64,000 nucleotides of DNA, from positions 32,001 through 96,000 of IMG/VR virus record IMGVR_UViG_3300029288_000082. One strand, given 5' to 3'. The translations under genes were made by a program, and so were the position numbers. This document shows positions 36,806 to 44,199 of the stretch, piece after piece; the first letter of the stretch is position 1, and each line of letters begins with the position of its first letter. Under the pieces are notes generated by a model. That model was not told the origin of the DNA. It did not search any database and saw nothing but the letters and a program-made list of their open reading frames with translations. The DNA comes from a virus. Lineage: Duplodnaviria > Caudoviricetes.

Positions 36806-37026
36806 CGGACCACCGCCCGCAGGAGGTACTGGGCGGCCGCGATCACCGCGATCATTCTCTCCCGCACCTCCGGGGGCGCCCCCAGTACCTCCTCGGCCGT
36901 CACGTGGGCCGCGTACTCCTCCATGTCGGAAGACACGCGGCGGAGGCGCACACGCAGATCCTGCGCGCGCTCCAGAGCTGCCGCCTGCGAATGCTGCTGC
37001 ACATTGGCGCCATCGGTGTTCTTCAT
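36802..37026 (-). CDS. Hypothetical protein
   Basis: GGAGG RBS, first gene after the promoter. Confidence 0.55.
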   Translation of the reverse strand: MKNTDGANVQQHSQAAALERAQDLRVRLRRVSSDMEEYAAHVTAEEVLGAPPEVRERMIAVIAAAQYLLRAVVR

Positions 37027-37072
37027 CGCTTCCTCCCGGGCAGGGCATCTTCGACCCTGCCACCGTGAGGAT

Positions 37073-37135
37073 AGCTTAACCCGTTGTTATGCGTTTGTCA
37101 ACAGAGAAAAAAGAAAAAAGCGCACACGTGTTCGC
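37073..37135 (-). promoter_or_regulatory. Promoter TTGACA-17-TAAGCT with T-rich UP-like tract and palindrome (37120-37135)
   Basis: Heads the unit leading to the L7/L12, NAD and kinase genes. Confidence 0.75.
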
Positions 37136-37142
37136 GCGCGGA

Positions 37143-37451
37143 TCAGGCGAACTTCTTGGCCACGGCCTCGGCCATGCGGTTGACCTCGTCGGCGTACTTG
37201 CGGAGGGCGGGCACGAGGATGCTGTTGAACAGGTCCGGGGCCGCGCGGGTGGGCAAGCCAATGCGCGAGTAGCCGTCCAGCTTCCGCTTTGCATTCGCGA
37301 ACGCCGGCTGCAGGATCCGCTCCGCCTTGCTCTCCAGGGTATCGTACAGCTGCTTCGGATGCTCGATCATGCGACGCGCCTCGTCCTGCGGGTCCGGCGC
37401 ATCCGGATCGACGGACGTCGCTTCCATCAACTGCTCGATCAGATGTCGCAT
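37143..37451 (-). CDS. Leader-family protein (MRHLIEQLMEA)
   Basis: AGGAGG RBS; shared N-terminal motif. Confidence 0.65.
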   Translation of the reverse strand: MRHLIEQLMEATSVDPDAPDPQDEARRMIEHPKQLYDTLESKAERILQPAFANAKRKLDGYSRIGLPTRAAPDLFNSILVPALRKYADEVNRMAEAVAKKFA

Positions 37452-37460
37452 GTGGTCCTC

Positions 37461-37793
37461 CTACGAGCGTCCAAGCGCCATCTTCGCTGCGTCGGTCCCG
37501 GGGGCGCGCAGCCTCTTCCCCACCTGTCTCCAGAGCACCTTCCAGGCCAGGTCCAGGACGGCGTCGGACCGCGGGCTGTCTATGCCTCCAGGAACAAGAG
37601 AAAAGATCTCTCCCTCCATGTCGCCCTCGAACTCCTCCATCGCGTTCTCGATGGCCGCCACCAGCTTGTCCGCGAAGGGGCCCACCAGCCCCACCAGGTC
37701 CTTGGCCAACACGGTGCTGCTCGCCATCCCCTCGACCACGGAGGCGCTACCGTCGCGCATCACGAAGTCGATCTGCTCGATCAGCCGTCTCAC
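37461..37793 (-). CDS. Leader-family protein (MRRLIEQIDF)
   Basis: GTG start overlapping upstream TGA. Confidence 0.55.
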   Translation of the reverse strand: MRRLIEQIDFVMRDGSASVVEGMASSTVLAKDLVGLVGPFADKLVAAIENAMEEFEGDMEGEIFSLVPGGIDSPRSDAVLDLAWKVLWRQVGKRLRAPGTDAAKMALGRS

Positions 37794-38155
37794 GACGCCA
37801 CCATGCGCACGATCACGGGGTTGGCCGGGGCCACGACGCCCGCGGTGCCCGGGCTGGTCACGCAGGCGAACGACAGGTGCGCGAAGCCCCACCCCTCGGG
37901 GACCACCACGCTGCGGCGCTGGTTGGCCGGCACGCGCACGACCAGCTCGGGCGCCGTCGTGCCCACGGTGGGCGCCGCGCTGTCGTACACCTTCAGGCAC
38001 GCCTGATCAGCCGGGTTGCCCGTGTTGTCCACGTCGATCATGTAGAGGGTGCCCGCGCCGCCGGTCACGTCCGTGTCCGGCGTGACGCCCGCGCCCGTCT
38101 CCACGATCAGCTTGCTCCCCACCGGGGAGACCTGAGTCGAAACCGAAAGTGCCAT
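37790..38155 (-). CDS. Probable virion structural protein (beta-rich)
   Basis: V/T/G/A-rich; own promoter at 38177-38206. Confidence 0.55.
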   Translation of the reverse strand: MALSVSTQVSPVGSKLIVETGAGVTPDTDVTGGAGTLYMIDVDNTGNPADQACLKVYDSAAPTVGTTAPELVVRVPANQRRSVVVPEGWGFAHLSFACVTSPGTAGVVAPANPVIVRMVAS

Positions 38156-38201
38156 TTTTCAATCCTTCTCGCACCCACATTATCATATGGGTTTGCGTTT
38201 G

Positions 38202-38837
38202 TCAACCATCCTGGCGCCACATGACGGCCTCGACGTCCAGGGTGGCGGGGACCCAGACCTCCCAGCGGGCGCTCGCCCAGGTGGTGCCGCGGGCCTCCTC
38301 GACCCAGGGCGCCCCCAGGGCCATCCGCGCCACCTCCGCGCCCCCCAGCCGCCACGCGCCGCGGTGGCCCCAGCCCACCAGCCGCCACAGGAAGTCCTCG
38401 GGGGTCAGCAGCCGCGTGAACGCGCTCCGCACCCGCTCCGCCCGCTCCTCGCCAACGGCCCGCAGCGCGGCCCCCAGGGCGAACCGCGCGCCGTCGTCGC
38501 AGGGGCTCGGGGCCGCCTGCGCCATGAACATCTCCGTCACCGCGCCGTCCACGCTCACGCCCGCGCCCCCGGCCCGGCTGGGGTGCACGTCGAACCGCGC
38601 CTCGCAGCGCACGCTGCCGTCCGCCTGGGGCGCCTGGCTGATGCGCTGGAGCACGCACGCCTCGGCGTCCCCCAGGGTCACCCGCAGCGGCGGCGGCCCG
38701 TCCGCCCAGCGCTCCCCATTGGGCAGCACGCCCTCGCGCAGCAGCCGGAGCGCCGCGCGGTAGGCCGGCGTCTCCACGAGGTCGGGCGTGCCGACCACCC
38801 GGAGCGCTGCCTCGCCCAACCGCCGAAGTCGTCCCAC
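38202..38837 (-). CDS. Hypothetical protein (MGRLRRLGEAA)
   Basis: GGAGG RBS, GTG start. Confidence 0.5.
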   Translation of the reverse strand: MGRLRRLGEAALRVVGTPDLVETPAYRAALRLLREGVLPNGERWADGPPPLRVTLGDAEACVLQRISQAPQADGSVRCEARFDVHPSRAGGAGVSVDGAVTEMFMAQAAPSPCDDGARFALGAALRAVGEERAERVRSAFTRLLTPEDFLWRLVGWGHRGAWRLGGAEVARMALGAPWVEEARGTTWASARWEVWVPATLDVEAVMWRQDG

Positions 38838-38839
38838 GG

Positions 38840-39481
38840 CTACGCCTCCCCTTCCAGCATGGCCAGCAGGCGTCCCATAGATCCCGCGTTGCTCTCCGCC
38901 ACGTTCTTGCCCGCCGTGCTGATGCTCAGCGCGCCGCTCTTGGATCGCTTCAGCAACCCACGCCGCACCAGCGCGTCCACCTCCGCAGGCTGCACGCGCT
39001 CGTGATCGAACACCTCCTTGCGCGCCGACGAGATGAGGCTCCGGATCGTGCGCAGGATCATCTGCTCCCGGGGCGTCACCTCAGCGCCGGCCGGCAGCAG
39101 CGGCGCCAGGGCGTCCGGGTGCACGTAGACCGTGGCCATGGTCCGCGGGTGGCCCTGCGTGCCGACGACGATGGCGCCCCCAGGCGGGATGCGCACCGGC
39201 TTGTTGGCGAAGTCGATCTCCTGCGGGTCGTCCGGCCGCGCGCCCCCCCATCCGCCCCCGAGGTCGCGCGCGCGCCCGCTGGCGAGGTCCACCACCAGCA
39301 CGAACCCCTTCTGGCCCTCCCCCGCGTAGGGGTTGGGCACCACGCTCTCCTGCGGCACCACCGCGATGTCCGCCGCGCGGTACTCCACGCGCTTCAGCGC
39401 CGCCCGCAGGCTCGCTGGCAGATCACGCAGGGGCAGGTGTACCTGCCGCGCTTCCGTCATCCGCTGTAGCAAGTCCCGCAT
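38840..39481 (-). CDS. Leader-family protein (MRDLLQRMTEA)
   Basis: GGAGG RBS; palindrome 39504-39519 upstream. Confidence 0.65.
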   Translation of the reverse strand: MRDLLQRMTEARQVHLPLRDLPASLRAALKRVEYRAADIAVVPQESVVPNPYAGEGQKGFVLVVDLASGRARDLGGGWGGARPDDPQEIDFANKPVRIPPGGAIVVGTQGHPRTMATVYVHPDALAPLLPAGAEVTPREQMILRTIRSLISSARKEVFDHERVQPAEVDALVRRGLLKRSKSGALSISTAGKNVAESNAGSMGRLLAMLEGEA

Positions 39482-39503
39482 GTCCGATCTCGCCTCCGTG
39501 CTG

Positions 39504-39519
39504 GCGAACACGTGTTCGC
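39504..39519. promoter_or_regulatory. Perfect 16-bp palindrome
   Basis: GCGAACACGTGTTCGC between stop and next RBS. Confidence 0.8.
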
Positions 39520-40007
39520 TACGCCCTCACCTCGCCCGCGATATCCTTCAGCTCGCCCGCCGCCTGCTCCAGGTCCCGCGCGAACGACGCTGCCATGTCC
39601 CGCGTGAACCGCGATCTGCCCACGTTGTCGGCGTAGGCCCGCGCCTTCTCGATGGCCCGCTCCAGCGTGGCCCGGATGCCCGCCGCCGTGATCGCCTCGT
39701 CCAGTCCCTCGGCCGCCAGCCGCCCCCGCACCGGGGGCGTGATGTCCACCACGGCCAGCTCGGTGTCGAAGATGGCCTTGGCCAGCCGGTCCAGGGCGTC
39801 CAGGGCGACCCGGAGCGCCCGCTTCACCTGCGGGCTGGCGGAGGCCACCTCCTCCTCCGGCTCCCCCTTGGCGATGGCCCGCATGGCCAGATCCCCCGCG
39901 AAGTTGCGCACCCGGCTCCCGAAGTCGTACACCTGCGCCTTGCGCACGTCGCGCGGGCCCAGCCGCTTGAATGCCGCCTCTTCCAACTGGCGTAGCAGTG
40001 ATCGCAT
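39519..40007 (-). CDS. Leader-family protein (MRSLLRQLEEA)
   Basis: GAGG RBS; shared motif. Confidence 0.65.
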   Translation of the reverse strand: MRSLLRQLEEAAFKRLGPRDVRKAQVYDFGSRVRNFAGDLAMRAIAKGEPEEEVASASPQVKRALRVALDALDRLAKAIFDTELAVVDITPPVRGRLAAEGLDEAITAAGIRATLERAIEKARAYADNVGRSRFTRDMAASFARDLEQAAGELKDIAGEVRA

Positions 40008-40020
40008 GGTACAACCTACC

Positions 40021-40305
40021 TCATTCGAAGGGCGCCCCATGGTCGAATTCCTTGGACCACACCTTCTCCGCGAAGACTGGGAGCGCCTTGCAGGCAAACA
40101 TCAGGTGCTCCTGGAGCGCGTCCAGCTCCTTCTCCGGCAGATCGGCCTCCACGATCCGGTCGATCAGGTCCCGCACCTGCCCCTCGATCTCGGCCCGCAG
40201 GTCGCGGACCGCCTTGGCCAGCGTGCGGAAGTTGTCGCGCCCCTCCGCCAGCGCCCCGGGGCGCCCGGTCACGGCCTCGTTGAGTTGATCGACCAGGTGT
40301 CGCAT
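40021..40305 (-). CDS. Leader-family protein (MRHLVDQLNEA)
   Basis: GGAGGAG RBS; shared motif. Confidence 0.65.
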   Translation of the reverse strand: MRHLVDQLNEAVTGRPGALAEGRDNFRTLAKAVRDLRAEIEGQVRDLIDRIVEADLPEKELDALQEHLMFACKALPVFAEKVWSKEFDHGAPFE

Positions 40306-40307
40306 CG

Positions 40308-40904
40308 CTACTCCTCCCATCCGTGAGCTTTGTTCCATTTGGTGGCTGCGTCCATGGCAACGTCCCAGATCCAGTGCGTATCGTCATCCAGCCACTCGTC
40401 ATGCCCCAGATCGTGCGCGACGTTCTCCGCGATCTGCGTCGCGTTGGCTTCCTCGTCATCTTCCAGGTCGCGCAGCTCGCGGGTCGCAGCCGCCTGCGCC
40501 TTGCGGATCAACGCGAACTGCTTCTGCTTCCACGCCTCCTGGTCCTTCTTAAAGCGCAAGCCGTCCGCGGCGCCCCACCCGCGCGGCAGAGTCAGGAAAC
40601 GCTCCAGCGTTCCCTCCTCCAGCCGCCGCAGTAACTGATCCATGCTCTCTTCTTTCCCCTTCCGGCCGCGCTGCACGGCCCGCTCGAAGGCGCCCGCCTT
40701 CGCCCCCATGTCATCCTGGCCCTTGAAGTGCTTCTCGCGAGCGGCCCCCCGGGGCGTCTGCGTGCGCGCCCCCGGCTGGCTGTACCCGCTCTTCTGGCTC
40801 TGCGCCGTGCAGATGGCGAAGGCCGCGCCCAGGTCCTTCCCCTGACCGCTGACGTCCGCCACGCACCGCTGCATGAACCGTGATTGCTTGCGGGGACCGG
40901 GCAT
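40308..40904 (-). CDS. Hypothetical protein with internal leader-like motif (MDQLLRRLEEG)
   Basis: N-terminal CV...AFAICTA motif; GGAGG RBS. Confidence 0.6.
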   Translation of the reverse strand: MPGPRKQSRFMQRCVADVSGQGKDLGAAFAICTAQSQKSGYSQPGARTQTPRGAAREKHFKGQDDMGAKAGAFERAVQRGRKGKEESMDQLLRRLEEGTLERFLTLPRGWGAADGLRFKKDQEAWKQKQFALIRKAQAAATRELRDLEDDEEANATQIAENVAHDLGHDEWLDDDTHWIWDVAMDAATKWNKAHGWEE

Positions 40905-40925
40905 GGGCGACCTCCTCCGAGGAGG

Positions 40926-41432
40926 TTACAGCAACCCGAAGATTTTCACAAGGAACAGCCCGACCACCACCGCGACAGCGATCACTGACCCTACCACCCA
41001 CGCCACCCACGGCACCCCACGCGGCGCCAACTCACCCGAAGCCCGCTCGCGCTCCGCTCGCAGGTCCACCACCTTGCTGATCTCTCGACCCACGTCGATG
41101 TCACCGCTGTCCGACTCCGCTTTCTTCTTGGCCCGCCAGTGCGCAGGACACGACTCGACGTGGGCCTCGATAGCCTTGCCGATCTCCTCATGCACCGTCT
41201 TGATGTCCGGCTGCACATCGGCGCGGATCGTGTGCCACAAGCTCTTGATGCTAGACCCGTGCTCGCCCTGCTCGCGGATGAACGTCTTCACGTCCTTTCG
41301 CAGCTCGCGCACCTCCCCCAGCAACGTCGCGTTCTGCTGGGTCAGCATGGCGAACATCCGCGAGCACCCGGGGCGAATATCATCTGGAATTGAAAGATCT
41401 GGGGCCGGAGCGTAGCTGGATCCGTTTCCCAC
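40926..41432 (-). CDS. Coiled-coil protein with C-terminal TM helix
   Basis: WVAWVVGSVIAVAVVVGLFLV. Confidence 0.6.
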   Translation of the reverse strand: MGNGSSYAPAPDLSIPDDIRPGCSRMFAMLTQQNATLLGEVRELRKDVKTFIREQGEHGSSIKSLWHTIRADVQPDIKTVHEEIGKAIEAHVESCPAHWRAKKKAESDSGDIDVGREISKVVDLRAERERASGELAPRGVPWVAWVVGSVIAVAVVVGLFLVKIFGLL

Positions 41433-41495
41433 TTGTGACTCCTATGCAGATGCCGTCAGTAGGCTCATGCAAGGCACGGAACAAATGGCTACAGC

Positions 41496-41948
41496 CTACG
41501 TCAGGCGCCAGCCGATGGAGTGGAACAGGTCGGCCGAGGTCGGACCACCAGCGTCGGCCTGCGTCCAGATCACCGTGATCAGGTCGCCCGCCACGAAGTC
41601 GTCCGCCGCCGGGTCCACGGCGCCCTGCTCCACGCCAGTGCCAGAAGCCGCGTTGATCACGTACGGCGCCGTCAGGCAGCTCACGCCGCCGATCTGCACG
41701 TCGATCGTGACCGTCTCGCCAGCCGCACACCCGGTTCCGAGCGCCGCAGCCGCAGACAGGATGGTCCCGGCCGCGGGGGCGATGAAGCTGTTGACGGTAG
41801 TCGGGCCACCGACGAGAGCGCCCGCCACGATGTCCGACTTGGCGCCAGGTCCACGGCCAGCGGCGATGTCCGCAACCGCTGCAGCAGCATCGACGATCGC
41901 ATCACGCACATCGTGGGAAACAAGTTGTCCAATCATTTCTTCCTCCAT
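41496..41948 (-). CDS. Virion structural protein, paralog of the C-domain of 42026..43183
   Basis: GE.VT.DVQI.GVS.LT and AG.LITV motifs shared. Confidence 0.65.
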   Translation of the reverse strand: MEEEMIGQLVSHDVRDAIVDAAAAVADIAAGRGPGAKSDIVAGALVGGPTTVNSFIAPAAGTILSAAAALGTGCAAGETVTIDVQIGGVSCLTAPYVINAASGTGVEQGAVDPAADDFVAGDLITVIWTQADAGGPTSADLFHSIGWRLT

Positions 41949-42025
41949 CCGTGGTCGCTACGTGCGCCACGATCGATCCAGTTGTTGCACTAGGGGCGAC
42001 CGCAGCCGCCCCAGATCACGATCCG

Positions 42026-43183
42026 CTAGTCGAACTGAACTTCGATGTCGCACACCGTGTCGCGCATCGGAGTCGGGCCACCGCCAGCGACGTAGGTCCG
42101 CACAACCGTGATCAGCTCGCCAGCCGCGAAGGCGTTCGCGGCCGCGTCCACGACGCCCGCCACCGGAGTGTCGATGACCGTGGTGTCATCGACCGTGATG
42201 ACGCCCGTCAGGGCCGACACGCCCGCGATCTGCACGTCGAAGGTCATCGACTCGCCAGCCGCAGCTGCTGTGCCGGTCTCCGCCGAGCAGGCCACGATGG
42301 TCCCAGCCGCCAGGGCCCGGAACACCCGCATGGTCTCCGTGGCCGCCGCCAGCTGCCGCGAGTCGGCCTGGCTGCGCCCGGCGTCGATAGCCGCGAGCCG
42401 CGCCGTCGCGGTCTGCATCTCGGTCCGGTTGGCCACGATCACCCACACCCATGTCCCGGCACCGGTCTGCGCAGCCTCCAGCAGCGCCCCGCCGTAGTTC
42501 GTGTTGAGCACGAGCGTCGCGGCGCCGTTGATCGTGTTCGCGCCGTTCGGCGTGATCGTGATCGGGTTCGTCCCACCAGCACCCTGCGAATCGACGACCA
42601 GCACCTGCTTGCCGAGGATGGCCGCGGACAGCGCGGGCAGGTTCACGACGGACGGAGCACCGATGGTCGTGGTGGCCACCTCGACGATGGCCAGATCACC
42701 ACCGCCCACGGCCACGGGGGTCGCGACCGCGTACTGCCGGTACACGCCCTTGTCGGTCTGCGTGTAGTTGACGCCGTTCCAGGAGATGACCGCGCCCGCC
42801 AGGAACGCCTGCCCGGTGTTCGTGCGTGTCGGATCGTTGTCGGTCACGTCCGCCGTGACGAAGTACGTCCAGCCGTTCACGACAGCCGCTGGGGTCGGGA
42901 AGTCGGCCGCGGCCGCGATGTCCCCCTGGTAGGGGAACGCGCCCACCGGGTTCAGCAGCCGATCCGTCAGGTTCAGCTCGACGCCCGCCTGGCTCTTCAT
43001 CCGGATCGAGTCGTCGGCCGCCATCGCGTACAGCAGGCTGGACGGCTTGTCCGTGGTGGACGTCGGGGCCGCAGCCTGGTGGACCAGCTCCACGAACGGC
43101 GTCTCCACGTCGCCCGCGAACTGCGCCTCGGTGTCGCTGATCACGGACTGGTTCAAGCGGATGGTCTTGTCTTCGTCGGTCAT
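42026..43183 (-). CDS. Virion structural/fibre protein
   Basis: A/T/G/V-rich; NPITITPNGANTINGAATLVLNTNYG fibre-type module. Confidence 0.7.
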   Translation of the reverse strand: MTDEDKTIRLNQSVISDTEAQFAGDVETPFVELVHQAAAPTSTTDKPSSLLYAMAADDSIRMKSQAGVELNLTDRLLNPVGAFPYQGDIAAAADFPTPAAVVNGWTYFVTADVTDNDPTRTNTGQAFLAGAVISWNGVNYTQTDKGVYRQYAVATPVAVGGGDLAIVEVATTTIGAPSVVNLPALSAAILGKQVLVVDSQGAGGTNPITITPNGANTINGAATLVLNTNYGGALLEAAQTGAGTWVWVIVANRTEMQTATARLAAIDAGRSQADSRQLAAATETMRVFRALAAGTIVACSAETGTAAAAGESMTFDVQIAGVSALTGVITVDDTTVIDTPVAGVVDAAANAFAAGELITVVRTYVAGGGPTPMRDTVCDIEVQFD

Positions 43184-43251
43184 CGTTCTACTCCTTGTTG
43201 CTCACGGCCATCAGGATCCCACGTGGATCCCACACTGACACCCCCACGCTA

Positions 43252-44193
43252 TCACCCACTTATGCCTGCGTCAAGAACCTGGGGTGCGCGCACGAACAGC
43301 ACGCCCTCGTTGGACGCCGTCTCAGCGATCTCGTTCCACCGCTTCCGGTTCTTCTCCCACGACATCTCGCCCATGAACCGCAGCGCCTCACCGAAGTTTG
43401 GGTTGATCCCAATGGCCTGGAGGCAACTCTGCCGCGCCTCCTGCCCGCGTCGGAGCATCCACAGGCACCGGGCTTTCATCAGACACGCGTCCGCGATCTC
43501 CGGCGCCCACTTGGCCCTAGACAGGTAGTCGTCGTACCAGCGCACGGCCGTCTCGTACTTCCGCCTGTACCAGTACTCCCTGGCCAGGTAGTACGCCTCG
43601 CGCACGAGAGTCGGATCGCGCGCCATCTCCTTCTCCAAGATCCGCAACGCCCTATCCGGGTCGTTCTTGTGCGCCTCGCTGTAGCCGTAGGTGACCACGA
43701 CATCGCTCTCGTATTCAGCCAGCGCGCTCAGGTGGTTGTGAATCGCCCCCTGCCAGTACACCTCGGGGCAACGCCGGAAGGCTCGGACGGATCGATGTTC
43801 CTGCCCCGACGATTTCGCCACGGTTCGGAAACTGATGGTTCTACGCACGTCGCTAGCGAAGAAGACCGGACGAGCACTGACGTCTGCAATTACACCTCTT
43901 AACTTATCTATACCACCCGGTTCTAGCACCTCGTCTGCGTCGATCACGAGCACCCAGTCCCCTGTGCACTGGGCCAGCGCGTAGTTCCGCGCCGCCGCGA
44001 AATCGTCACGCCATGGGAAGGAGAACACCCGTGCGCCTGCGTCCAGCGCAATCTCCCGCGTTCGGTCTGGCGGATCCCCCGGTAGGCTCGTGTCCACGAC
44101 CACCAGCTCGTCCGCCCCAGCCACCGAGGCCAGGCACGCAGAGAGACAGGACTCCTCGCCCCGGACGATCATGCTCACGCTCAGCCGCATCAT
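43252..44193 (-). CDS. Glycosyltransferase family 2 with TPR domain
   Basis: SVSMIVRGEE, VVVDT, DFAAARN, IDADE, then YYLARE TPR helices. Confidence 0.9.
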   Translation of the reverse strand: MMRLSVSMIVRGEESCLSACLASVAGADELVVVDTSLPGDPPDRTREIALDAGARVFSFPWRDDFAAARNYALAQCTGDWVLVIDADEVLEPGGIDKLRGVIADVSARPVFFASDVRRTISFRTVAKSSGQEHRSVRAFRRCPEVYWQGAIHNHLSALAEYESDVVVTYGYSEAHKNDPDRALRILEKEMARDPTLVREAYYLAREYWYRRKYETAVRWYDDYLSRAKWAPEIADACLMKARCLWMLRRGQEARQSCLQAIGINPNFGEALRFMGEMSWEKNRKRWNEIAETASNEGVLFVRAPQVLDAGISG

Positions 44194-44199
44194 CCCCTC

